Shown here in pieces: positions 50,406-62,991 of a DNA stretch of 64,000 nucleotides. Each line of letters begins with the position of its first letter. Position 1 is the stretch's first letter. The stretch covers positions 20,832,001 to 20,896,000 of the forward strand of contig OZ210885.1 in assembly GCA_964658305.1 (NCBI GenBank). Direction: 5' to 3'. Below the pieces are notes generated by a model. It was not told the DNA's origin, searched no databases, and saw only the letters and a program-made list of their open reading frames with translations. The DNA is from Leptogorgia sarmentosa. Taxonomy: Eukaryota. Made by a program: the position numbers and the translations under genes.

Positions 50406-52834
50406 TTATGGTTTCTTTCCCATCCGTGACCTGTGTGCTTGTACAACCTCCTCCTTGGTTGGCCTTGGTGTCAGTGCAATATTTTTTGGAATGTTGGCAG
50501 GCATTTTTAAATTGCCCTGTCCGTCATTATTGAAATATAAAACATCTTCCATCAAGTTTTGAATGAAAGTGAAGGACTTTCTTGCCATCACTGGTTTTGC
50601 AACCCATTTCTTTTTGCCTTTTGGGAAAACCACCTTGTATTTCTTTTCACCTTTCTTGCTTCCCTTAACAATTGTTGCTTGCTTTCTTGCAGTATTGGAG
50701 TTGTGGTCAATCACTGCCAATTGGGTTCTGGCCACCATGCCTTTGTATGAAAAATGAAGACGTTTGGGAACATACTTCAAAAGTAGTGAATGGTACACTT
50801 CAAGATCTCCAGTGTGATGAAATTCTGTAAGCTTTTCAATATCCTTCAAAAGTTTTTTATTGAGAACCACCTCTTCCAGTGCAACATATGATGCAGACCC
50901 ATCCTCTAACAATTTTGTCTTGCGTTCCTTTCTTCTTGAGAGTCGACCATGGCAACACTTTTGAAAATGCTTGCCTTTCTTCCATTTGTGTTTGTTCACC
51001 ACATGATTTAAAATGGATACCCATTTCTCTACTAACACTTCAGCATCACCACCACAAGTCTGTGAGCACCACCACAGATGGTTGGAGACAGATTGAATCC
51101 ATTTGAGAAGTGGTTCATAGCCTCTTTTCTTAGCCTTCTTAGCCAATTTTTTTGGTAACCCATTTTGAGAGATGCCACACGTCATACTGGTGGATAATGG
51201 AAGGGTATTTTTTTCGCATTTCTGAAGTGATCTGGGTATGACGATCAGTTGCCAAAGAGCGTATCTTAACCTTTTGGCCAATGACTTTGTTCAGTGATCT
51301 TTGGCAACCCTCATTCTCCATTGCATTAGAGGACGAAACTTCAGAGACATGTACAAGAGAGAAATCAACAATTTTCCCTGAAGCTTCATCCATTAAAGAG
51401 TATGTGCCATATTTGGCATTATGTCCAGGACTATCAGATCGACCATCACCACATAAATTGACTGGATTATTCTCCTTTTTTATTTTTTCAATGACATCCT
51501 TCTGTTGTTTTTCATATGCATTGTTGATAACTGGGAAAACAATTTTGTCCTGAACATCATACAACTGGTCTTTGTTGACAAAGTTTAAATTAAGTGCATT
51601 GGAGAATTGTTTCAACGATTCGTATGATCCTCCAGTAATTACAGTTGCAGCAGGAATCAAAATGTTACCAGCTGGCTTGTTGTGTAACTCTGGTTGTGAT
51701 TTCCAGTGGAAGGTATGGTTGTTACAACATGTTGCTTTGATTGCTACCATGCTACCTGTGTTGGACTTTTCAATCTCACATAGAGAACCACATGTTTTAC
51801 AGTTGATAAAAAGCTGGTCAAGCATACTTTCAAACACAATGAATTTTTTTTCATTTTTTAGTTCTTCCCCCTCAGACTCATCACTGGACTCTAGTTCTGA
51901 GCAAACATAATCCTCATCACTATCTGATATGACATCACTATTTGATGAGTCATCACTACTGCTGGAATCATCAAGAACATGTTTAGAACCAGAGAGTGTA
52001 ATGATTGCATCTGATTCTTCACAGTCAACCTGCATTGAAGGAAGAGGGGCAACAGGACCATTGAAACAAAGAGCACGGCTAGTGGATGAATTTTGCCCTT
52101 TTCTTTCACTCGGTGTTGAAGTAGCAATTGGACAACTATTATTTAAATTGTTGCGATATTGTTTTGTTTTTCTGGATTTGTTTTTACGCAGGGCAAGAGT
52201 TTGAATGGCAATGCTTCGTTTTACTAATTTTTCACATTGGATCTCTGCATCAAACAAAATCTTTGGATCACACTGTGTTTCTGCATCCTTGCCTGACAAA
52301 CTTGCAGGTTCATTTTCAATGCATGCAACCTCTTCATGTTGTTCATTGTCTAATGTTAGTAGACTAGACAATTCCTGTAAATAAATTCACATTTTTCCAC
52401 TTTTAAATGAAAAACCCCTTTAATTAACATTAATTAGACCACTTGTGAATCATACAATAAATCCTATATATTGCTCTCTATAAAACAATTACCTCATCTT
52501 TCACAATTTTCTCTCTGATTTGTCCCCTCTTATATGATATCTCGCGATTTGGTTTACGATGTAAAAATGGAAATATCGATGGAACACTTCCAGGCTTTAG
52601 AGAGTTTCTCCCTTTCATACCAAACAATTCCTTAAGAGAACTCTCGAAACAATCTGGGGTAAAATGAGTGCTGCAAACATAGCATGAATTGGCTTTGGGT
52701 ACATTTTCACGACGAATACGTCTGAGCCATGTTCTTCGCATTTGCTGGTCATTTGGCAAACGATGATATGATATATCACTGCCTTTTGTCTTCTTTGAAC
52801 AATTTGTGCAACCAGGCACCATGCAATATGGCAT
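50406..52834 (-). pseudogene. Kolobok B THAP-DDE transposase (2 exons, one frameshift near 51150)
   Basis: MPYCMVPGC..HRLP..W..CSTHF..SVPSIF; GDGRSDSPGHNAKY, TDRH, YDVWH, HTGDLEVYHS. Confidence 0.85.
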
Positions 52835-53409
52835 CTTTCCGAAATATTTTAATAGTATTTATGACAGTAGAAATAGCGCTAGTGAAACTGCTTTGTTGTG
52901 AAATTTAAATACAATGTGCTCCTGCGAAAGTCGAAACCGTGCAATGACGTCACGAGGTGAAACCGCTGCGTGCTCGCCGCTTCGCTTCAATGTATATCAT
53001 GGTGGCTGTGTTATATAGAAATTTTAGCACATTTATCGCTTTATATCTCAACTTAGATTTAACATGGAGAAGTGATACTTTGCGTGAGGGGTAAGCATTA
53101 TATAATCTTTCATTTGAGCCTAAGTTGTTATAAACTCTGACTTCCCCTTTAACATAGAGCAAGAATAATAGAGGCCCCAGGACAGAACCTTGGGGCACTC
53201 CTGATGTAACTTGTCTCCAAGATGAAATAGCACTCCCAACTCGAACAGCCATCCATCGTATTTATTCTTAAGTCGCGTGAGTAGGTCGGAAATGAATATT
53301 AAGTAACAGGAAGTAAAACGGTAGTTACATTTACAATCTAAAAATATTAATATTTAGTCTACTGTCAACATATTTATGCCCAACAATGGTTTTCCAATAT
53401 TAATGCGTA

Positions 53410-53949
53410 TCTTGTTACATATGAGGCTGAGCTCTGTAACCTGTCTTCCAAAAGTGTTTTCCAGAAAAAGTATCACAAGTGCCTCCATTCCAGTTGCTTT
53501 GGTTCCTTGCTTGCATATGTAATGCAGTGGAAGTTGCAGTGAACGGCAAAGACGTTGCATATCATGTTTTTGGAACCTGTAGGTGGAAGCAATTTTGTAG
53601 CAGTGTGATCTATTACATATTAATAATACACATGGAATTTATCAGATTAATTTTAAATACCTAAACATTTCTTCACACTGAAAATCATTTATGTCCTCAA
53701 GATTTAGTTGTTTTTTCAAACGTAACCTAGCAGCAGGAAAAATGCATTCTACGAACACAATATCAAGATCATCTTTGCTCTCCCCACTGCTGCTCGAATC
53801 CGAATCTTCAACAAGCATTACCTTTTCAAGGTCATCCCTGTCTCGCCTTCAAAACCATTGAATACAGTTTTAAAATGCAATTTCAATGATAACGGCTCAC
53901 TGCAAACTGCAGTTCCCAGTTTGCCGTAAACGTGAATCTAAAGGTCTTT
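53410..53949 (-). mobile_element. 5' end of the second Harbinger (terminus plus transposase N-terminus)
   Basis: Terminus ...AAGGTCTTT|ATT resembles the AGAGACCTT Harbinger end. Encodes LNLEDINDFQCEEMFR, GMEAL, FGRQVTELSLICN. Confidence 0.65.
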
Positions 53950-54280
53950 ATTATTCTAAATTCCCACAACACAGGTAGCACGCAATTACGTCGCAAATAA
54001 GGCTGATGACCAAATTCGTGTCTGCATGTAAAAGAACATGGTGTTGAAATTTGCAAAATCCACTACCTTTGACGAGCGAATTGGACCGAGATACTTCAGG
54101 AACAATGTATTGAAGGTATAGTCTTATTTAAGCCAGACTTGTTTGGGGACTGGAGTTCCCTTTAAACATGCAAAATGGAAACATTATACATTAAATAAAC
54201 TTATTTGTAAGATACCCAATTCTCCCCTGGCATGGCCATCTTAATAATTTGAGAACTCACAGTCGATCAAGTTCTCTGCA

Positions 54281-55176
54281 CAGGCCCGTAGCTGGGGGGG
54301 GGGGGGCAGTGCCCCCACTCGGAAATAAAATTGCAATTGTGCCCCGCTATTCCACAATCTTTTTGCCGTTTAAAAATTAGACAGCAAGGATGTCTTGTCC
54401 ATGAAAGAATAGAAATTGAAGGCGTAGCCTAATTATTTTGGTGTAATAGCCACAAACACTATCACTGTGATAGTCAGTGTGACGTTTGAATATCTGAATA
54501 TTAACAGAAATATAAATACACTTATATGTAGCTTTTGCTTTTTTGGTTTTAGTTAAGCTCACTTATGACAGTAAAGCCAATTGAACTTTGTATGATAATA
54601 CTTTGATAATTGTAATGTAGTGTGACGTATGTGTTGTAAGGTATTGTGTTACGTGTATGCAAATTGAGTATAAAAGTAAACGCTCCTGGAGTCCTGGACG
54701 TATTCTTATCTTGTAATTGACATCGTATCTGTTCATACTCGAAATCGTTCGTACTTGGAAACGTACTGTAGTTTATTGTAAAATACGGGGACAGAGGTAT
54801 GTTTTATATGTCAGTAATACTTATGTGACTCGTATATGTAGTCCTGTTTAGTTGTATATGTATTTAAATATTGTTTGCTTATCTGTAGTTTTTACGTGTC
54901 GACCAATTATATGAATCAAACACACAACGTCGATTGTCGATTCAGTATGGAACTCGTCCTTATCGCCAAATATACGCTACAATAATACTGTAATATACCC
55001 ATTTTCATTTTGAAATTTGAATTGGTGTGAAACATGACATACGACAAAGACCGTGGATCACTAACCAAACTAGCTGCGAGCGCAAATGTCAAAAGCGTAC
55101 CAAATCTTTTTAAAATTTTTTTCTGCAGTGCCACCCCCCCCCCCCCCCCAGAAATTAAGAGCCAGCTACAGGCCTG
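54281..55176. mobile_element. hAT non-autonomous element (896 bp)
   Basis: 15-bp TIR CAGGCC(C/T)GTAGCTGG. Perfect 8-bp TSD TCTCTGCA (54273-54280, 55177-55184). Confidence 0.9.
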
Positions 55177-55851
55177 TCTCTGCAACAAGCTCAGCGAGCA
55201 GAGCATTGCCCTAGTAGCACAAGATCAATGGGTTCAATTCCGGCTAAAAAGCCTATGTAGTTGCATTTTTTGCAATTGATCTTCACCAAAAATCCCTACA
55301 GATTACTTACAGTAGCCATTCTTGTCATTCACAAGAGCAATTTCGTGTAAATACTGTATATTTTTTACTCTTCCAGTTATTCGACTATTTCCCCCTTACA
55401 TTTAACTTTCAAGTTACATTCCCCAGGGCATGTGACTGGGGACAAGTTTATAACTAGAGAAAGGTGTAGCATTCAATTTAACCCTTCAATCTACATTTAA
55501 CAAAATTATCTAAATTTTATAAGCAACAACTCTTATCATACCAGGTATACACAACTATGAAGCAACAAGTTGTTTTGAATACAGCATGGAAGTATAGCCA
55601 AAGTCCATTTATATTATAATTCAAATCAGGTCCAAGATATTAGCAAAACGTCCAACATTTCACAATATTAATATTCTTGCATTCATCGCATAAAAGCTTC
55701 AATGATTTACTAAATCACATAAAAGCTAACCTGTCACATATTTGAAGATTATGAAACAAAAGTCGAGATTGAAGGAGATATAACCTTTGAAACTTGGACA
55801 ACAAAGATGTCGAAATGCAACCGCTGGCACCAAACCCAGTATGCGCAGATG

Positions 55852-58800
55852 TAGGCCGTATTCTGTGGTCGATTATCGTTCAAAAAAAATAAACTTGATG
55901 ATATCTACCTAAAAACAACATAAATCTATAGATTTTTACTTACTGAATCCAAATCTGCTTGTTGGCATCTCTGAAATCCTGCTGTTTTTGAGTAAATACC
56001 TTCTAAAGTTCGAAATTTTTGGCTCGTGTTTTGGTGTCCGCCATCTTGGATTTCGTGATGTGCGCACGCGCAGTTGCTATTTTGAAGGGAAACCGCTGAC
56101 CAGTCCAGGCTCGAAAATACTTCCAGAGCTTCTAGGTCTTCAAAAATTATTTAAAATGGCATTCCGTCGATGTTGTATCCACTTTAAAGAAGGAAATGGA
56201 ACTCTGACACCATTTTCAAGTGTTTCCTTTGAAAAATTCCGACAATGCCATGAGCTATGGGCCAATCTGGACGGACAGCAAAGAGAAATAGTCGAGGAAA
56301 CTAGTGGTATTTTGAACAACGTAGCAAATAAGTCTTCTGTGGTTATGGATTTTTTTTACCATAGGACCTGTTACTCTAAATTCACAAATACAACAAATAT
56401 TAAGCGCTCACAGGCCCGTTGTGCCAAAATTATGGAGAACCGAACAGAAGACCGAGTCATCCAAGAACAGGACAATTGTACTCAACCTCCTAAAAAGATG
56501 TTGGGTCATCAATGCCCAGTACTAGTACGACTTCTCGTTCCACCACTGTACTACCACCAACTTGTATTATTTGTAACAAAGATGAAGTTTATGTTACTGA
56601 TACGGTAAGCCAATGGCAATTGCCCATGTGAAAGTACATTATGATTATGTAGTTATAGCAGGCCGCTAGGGCAATAGAGAGAGGCCATCATAATTAGGTC
56701 AGTTTGAAATCTTTAAAATGCACTTGTAGGGATTGGCTGTGTATGAGTTTTTAACTGTTGCCTTTTATATATTGAGCAAAACAGCTATTATCGATTTAAA
56801 AGCCATTGTCATTCTGGTTTTTTTTATTTTTGTGATTCAACAGTCTACCAGAAAACGCAAATTAGATCAACTGATCTCAGCCGAAACAATCGACGCTGGG
56901 AAGCTTAGGGAAGCTGCAACAAGGAAAGATGACCAGCAGATTCTTATCCGCATAGCAGACAAAGATTGTGTCGCGTTGGAGGTAAAATACCACAGAAGTT
57001 GCTATCGAAACTACACATGTTTCTTAAGCAATACCCGTAGAAAGGTTCGAGTCATTGAAAACGCATCACACATCAAGTCGTTTGATACCTCAGATAATGA
57101 CGACGAAGAAGACGGAGAGCCCAGCCTGACATTCAACAAGAGGACGGTGGAACTGAAAGATTTTTACTTTGTCGCACTTGCACTAAGGGAAAACATTCAA
57201 GAACATTGCTCCTCATGGTATAAAAATTGGCCCCCTCTTGCCTCTGACATAACTGGAGACAGCATAAGGAAAGTAGTATCCCCCCTCCTATTTAACTTTA
57301 TGGCGTGGGTGCTTGGGTATTCTGACGAACCACAGGAGTCCAGCTACGTAGATATGTACGAGGAAAATTCAGTTAAAGTGTTCTCAATATGTCAAGATGT
57401 GGTCTATAATGGCAGAAAGGGTAAAACTCAAACTCCAAAGTCCTTAGCACTGGCAATGGCAGTAAGACAAATATCTGGATGTTCCAATTTGATTCGTATT
57501 TTGAATGGATTGGGACATTGCGTTTCATTGTCTTCTACAATGGCATACGATTCTGCCATCGCGCAACTTGTCATTGAAACGTCTGACATTGTACCAAGAG
57601 AATTTGTCGCCGGTAACGTTAATCATAGCTTTGAGAGTTACAAGCCTTCAAAAGTGATAGTTTCTTGTTTTATATATATATATGAACATATTTATAGGAA
57701 CACATTCGTATAAATTTAGGCGATTATGGATTATAATAATAATTGTTATTAATTTTATTGTAGGTAAATCGATTAACCTGGTGTATGATAACATAGATTT
57801 TGGAGAAGAAGTCAAGAAGCAGACACATGTAACAAATGGAATAATTACGCAGAAAGTTTCACACCACACTCAAATCACGTCTGAAAGAGAAACAGTGAAT
57901 ATACGAAAGTCGCAGCGCACAGTAAATGTCCCTGTACAAGATGTAACGCCATTTAATCTTGGTAGTAAGAAGACGCCAATATTTGATCTTCAAATAGAAC
58001 AGGTTAACGAACATTTGGTGATCTTTGCCATTTGTTGTTTTATAATCACTCATTGTAATTCGTATTTTTTATTGTGTTAATAAACCACTTATTTTTTATT
58101 ATTAGGTTACTGGAAATAATGTCACACTCAAAACAGCTGCATCAGAAACTGCGAAGCTTCTGGATCTAACGTATGTACTGCTAAAGATGGTGCCTATAGA
58201 TGACTTGGCTGTACTTCCTGGATGGACAGGGTTCAACACCCTACTTCACAAAGAAAGCATTCCTGATACCTCAAGAGTGGGCTATCTCCCTGTCATTGAC
58301 GCTTAGCCAGTGGAGTATTCTACAATTAATACCATACTAAAGAGAAGCACCGAGATTACAGATAAGCTGCAGCTCAAGTACGCGACATTGGTCTTCGACG
58401 AGGCAGTCTACGCAAAGATCCAACATGTGCGGTGGAAAAATGACAGCTACTGTAACTGCTTCATCGTACGTCTTGGCGAGTTCCATGCAATTATGTCATA
58501 CCTGTCAACAGTATCAAAGATATTTGAAGATGGGGGTCTAAAGTTAAGTAAAAACTACGTTTTTCTCCTTATTAAGTTAAAATCTAATGTAATTTTAAGA
58601 TTTATTGACTCTAAACTATGTTATGTTTTCCATAAAGGGCGTTATGTCAGGCAAACACTATAACCGCTCCCTGCATTGCCACAAGATTATGTATGAAGGT
58701 CTCCAAAGACTACGACTTGCAGAATTTCTAGACAGTCTTGACGACGAAAGCCAAGAAGACATCTCGTCCTTTGTTGTAACCATGAAGAAAGCCTTTGATG

Positions 58801-61783
58801 AAGAGGTTCGACTTGACGAACATATCAATAGTGAAAAAATGGCGCAAATATGTGAGCACTACGAAGCTTTTATTGCAGAATCATCAGCTAAATCACTTAC
58901 CTTCGCCTACTGGAGCATGTATATCCACATGATTGGTAATTGACTGTCTTCTAAATTCAAATGTTTTTTAAGTCTCGAGCATTAATTATTGTTTACTTTT
59001 TTAGGCATACTCCTGTCATTCATTCGAGCTACAAGAGAAGTGAATTGGAATCTTCATTTGTCATCATTTCTATCCCAATCAGAGAGAGCTGCAATCACTG
59101 GTCAATGTAAAGATATGGCTGGAATGAACCGCAAACCACGGCATGCTTCAATATTTGCTAAATGGAACCTGGTTCACATCACTGTAACTATACAACTACT
59201 TGATCATCATAAACATTAATGACAATTCTATTTTATATTTCAGAGGCAAAAAAGATCTCGATGCAACCAAATGCCAGAATTATGAAAATTCAGTGTGTAT
59301 TGTCATGACAACGATTTCCAGCATGATCAATCCATTCGATACCGATCAAGTCGGGCTCGTGAACATAACAAGTGGCGTTGAACTACAAAAGGATTCCGCT
59401 AAAAGCTTTCTTGACGCTGAAAATTTGGGGGAGACACAATTCACTGCATTTTGCAAAGACAACCTTTTGAGTGAGAAACCCGACATATTCACGAAGATCA
59501 AGAAAAATCAGTTAAAGACATTTTCAAACAAGACCAAAAAAATGACAAGCAACAAGGGTCGAACAATAGCTGTCAAGTCAACCAGAGATCTCTTTGCACG
59601 ACTGTTGGTTATCTCCAAAACACGGGAAATCGACTTGAAGGGGCTTCTTTCCTATAGCCTGAATGAATTTCCACTATCCATTGCCACTGTTTCTGGAGAT
59701 CTTGTAAAAACCACCAAGTCCAAGATGTTTGAAACATCGGAAAAGATGGCAAACAGTCCAATAGTACATGTCGAGAGCTTCTATGATGGAACGGCACTAG
59801 TGGTAGACGCTATGGCTATAGTCCAGGCCATGAAAGGAAAGTGGGGTACATTCGGAGAATTCGCGGATTTAGTGTTTTCCATCCTGTTGAATCTTGTGAA
59901 GCAATGGAAGGCTGTGCGCCTCGACTTTGTGGCAGACAGGTACCCCCCATTAAGTATCAAGAACACAGAGAGCAACCCAAGGTGTACAGAGAGTCCACAT
60001 TTACAGTAAAGATCAGCAAATCCCAAAGCAGTGGAAAAAGTACTTAAGCTGTGGAGAGAACAAGGAGTTGCTAGTTGTGTTTTTATGCAATCACTGGAGT
60101 ACGTACCAGTCAAGCCAAATGAAGAGTTTGCAGTTGTTCTATATAACCTCAACCAATAAGTGCTATTTGCTTTCACCTGGATCATCCCCGACTGCTATAG
60201 TTCTAAGGCGAGAAATTGCAGAACTTGGATGTGACCACGAAGAAGCCGACACGCGGCTTTTGCTTCACGCAAGACATGCAGCTGAAGGCCATCTACAGCT
60301 TATAATCAGATCACCAGATACAGATGTATTCGTACTAGCAACAGCAATGCAGAAATCAATTGGCAAGGAAATGTATTTCATGACTGGTACTGGGAATAAG
60401 TTTCGTGTTTTAGATGTAACTATTGTATCAGACGAACTTGGGGAGGAATTATGCGCATCTCTGCCAGAATTTCATGCCTTCTCAGGTATGTTTTCATATT
60501 ATGGATTAGACATATCTAAACAGTTTTTCAAAAAAAATAATTTGTGTTTGAAGGTTGTGACACAACGAGTGCATTTCATGGCAAAGGTAAACTAAAACCA
60601 TGGCAAGTTCTAATGCAACATCCAAAATTCGCACCAGTGTTCGCAAGACTTGGTAATTTGCCCATCGACGATGACATTGAAGAATCACTGAACGAGTTTG
60701 TGTGTCTGCTATACGGTGATACTATTTCAAAAAATGTTGACGAATGCAGGTATAACATTATAAACATCATCTTCATTTGCCAAATTTAAGTACTATAAAT
60801 AGTAGTATTCATTATTTAATAATCTGATATCAATAACGTTTAATGAAGAATCCTGTTTGTAATTGCAATGTATAATACAGGTATGGACTTTTCAAATCAG
60901 CAAAGTGGTCCGATGAAGCACTACCACCAAACAGTGAAGGTCTGAAGTACCACATTGAAAGATCAAACTACCAAGTAGCTTCCTGGAATCATTGTTTATC
61001 ACCATTGTTACAGCTTCCATCCCCGGTTGGTAACGGGTGGGAATTGGATTCAGATGACCAATTAAAAGTTCTGTGGATGACCTCTCCATCGGCTCCAGAG
61101 TCTCTTCTCGAATTTGTACAGTGCAAATGTAAAACTGGATGTAAGACACAAAGATGCTCTTGTTTGAAATCTGGATTCAATTGTACAGAAGTGTGTTCCT
61201 GCTCAGATTGCCAGAACGAACCGCAAGTCATAGACGAAGAAGATGATTCAGATTCTCACGATGGCGAAGATGAAGATGATTGTGATTATGACGATGGTGA
61301 AAACATGTTTGTTTTATAAAAATAAAGATATCGAAAAGAGTGTTTTGTAATTAACGATACAGTATAAAAAGCAATTTTGCGCTATGAGGGTAAATCCTAA
61401 ACATGATGCACCGATAGCCAATCTAATTGCACTGAGGTCTCTCACTTTTTCTCGAATTAAATTGTATAAAAAGGGAAAAAAGGTATTTAAAACTTCATTT
61501 TATAAGCTCTGGAAGTATTTTCGAGCCTGGACTGGTCAGCGGTTTCCCTTCAAAATAGCAACTGCGCGTGCGCACATCACGAAATCCAAGATGGCGGACA
61601 CCAAAACACGAGCCAAAAATTTCGAACTTTAGAAGGTATTTACTCAAAAACAGCAGGATTTCAGAGATGCCAACAAGCAGATCTGGATTCAGTAAGTAAA
61701 AATCTATAGATTTATGTTGTTTTTAGGTAGATATCATCAAGTTTATTTTTTTTGAACGATAATCGACCACAGAATACGGCCTA
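55852..61783 (+). mobile_element. Academ (AcademX-like) DNA transposon
   Basis: 280-bp near-perfect TIRs (55852-56131 / 61504-61783), TAG..CTA termini, 3-bp TSD ATG. Confidence 0.88.
56156..61319 (+). pseudogene. Multi-exon Academ transposase plus XPG/FEN1-like nuclease and CXC domain, disrupted
   Basis: KYHRSCY, YDNIDF, PGWTGFN, FDEAVY, RLGEFH, GKHYNR; XPG-like VDAM, HEEADTRLLLH, SPDTDV, GCDTTS.F.GKGK; C-terminal CKCKTGC..RCSC..C.C..C. Stop near 58304 and deletions. Confidence 0.8.
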
Positions 61784-62213
61784 ATGTCAAAAACTTGTCA
61801 AGTACATTCTTGTCTTTGTGCTTCCTTGTCTTGCTCAAACTCTAATACTAAACGTAGGGTGCAATGCCAGTTAATGGGTTAACTGGCAATGTGCCCTACT
61901 TGTAGTATTTACTCTGTCTAACGCCAGATGACTTTACTTGTCAGTGGTCGAGTACTGCCAGTCACAAATTGCTTTAGAACAAAGTAAAAGTTTCCTTTGT
62001 GTGAAAAATATGGCTTTTACCTTAAACAAGACTAACAAAAATTACATAGTTGAGTGGAATTTTCAAGCTGTTAGCATTGTATTATGTGATTTATTATACA
62101 ACAGTGCAGCGTGTAATTAATGCATGAATTCATGCGTAACTTGCTATTATAAAAGCATAATGAAGTAACGTAAACGGGTGCCCTTTTTATATAGATGGAT
62201 AGATAGATAGATA

Positions 62214-62883
62214 CCGGGTGTCCCAAAAAAAAGTACTCTGGTTTGATTCGTAATAACTTTAAAAATAACTTTAAAGCTATTAAACAAAAACAACTCGCAG
62301 TAGATAGAGGGAAGACTAACTTAGATTTTGATATATTACACTTGTATTTTACTTTGACATTGACGGAGATATTAATGTTCAAAATGAAGAGCATGTGTCT
62401 GGATGTGTGTAAAATATGCAAAAAATGGCGTATCAAATTAACTGAGCGTTATTCAATAGTTCGTTTAGTTGGGGCAGGAATATTACCCCAACGACCCGGC
62501 CATCGTCTTCGAACTTCTGCTGCATTTCCACATCTTCCATGCTCCAAGCATACCCAAACCCTTTGATCTTTATTTAATCTTGGCATGTTTAAACTCAGTA
62601 ATAATTTATAGAAATATAAGTCACCCCAATGTGTGTTCAAGTTGAGCAAAGCTTGATCAATTTTGATACCGCGTTTTTTGGTATATTTTCGACACATCTG
62701 AAAGTACGCTACCGATTTTGAACACAAATATCTTCGTGAATTTTTAACTAAAATACAAGTGTAATATATCAAAATCTAAGTTTGGCTTCCCTTTATCTAC
62801 TGTGAGTTGCTTTTGTTTCATAGCTTAACTCGTTCAAAAGTTGTTATGAATCAAACCAGAGTACTTTTTTTTGGGACACCCGG
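62214..62883 (-). mobile_element. Tc1/mariner deletion derivative (670 bp)
   Basis: ~135-bp TIRs CCGGGTGTCCCAAAAAAAAGTACTC, TA TSDs. Retains transposase N-terminus MPRLNKDQRVW...EVRRRW...PAPTKRTI (from 62586). Confidence 0.85.
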
Positions 62884-62991
62884 TAGATAGTTTATTAACT
62901 AAAACATTGCAGCCATAGGCTGAATTACGTTAAGTTTACAAAATTATTATAGCTACTAAGATATAAATGATAAATATAAAATGTGACAAAT

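Larger units (their letters stand above)
49338..53148 (-). mobile_element. Kolobok DNA transposon B, full length
   Basis: TTAA TSDs (49334-49337, 53149-53152). AGGGGAAGTCAGAG termini, ~205-bp TIRs, two convergent genes. Confidence 0.92.
48296..53257 (-). mobile_element. 5'-truncated CR1-group LINE, split by Kolobok B
   Basis: VTSGVPQGSVLGPLLFLLYV|NDLP...LFADDVKL...YKSLVRPHLEYCVQLWSP...RRARGDLIETFKI. Boundaries approximate. Confidence 0.85.
42135..53329 (-). mobile_element. BEL/Pao LTR retrotransposon, 3'-truncated; 5' LTR interrupted by a LINE
   Basis: Candidate LTR TGTAAC (53329) ...GTAACA (48084), split by CR1. gag-pol lies downstream. Confidence 0.8.

Noticed and set aside
53955..54165. 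Possible extra Kolobok-like end (GGAGTTCCCT|TTAA) and short coding remnant
   Set aside because: No partner terminus or diagnostic motif found.
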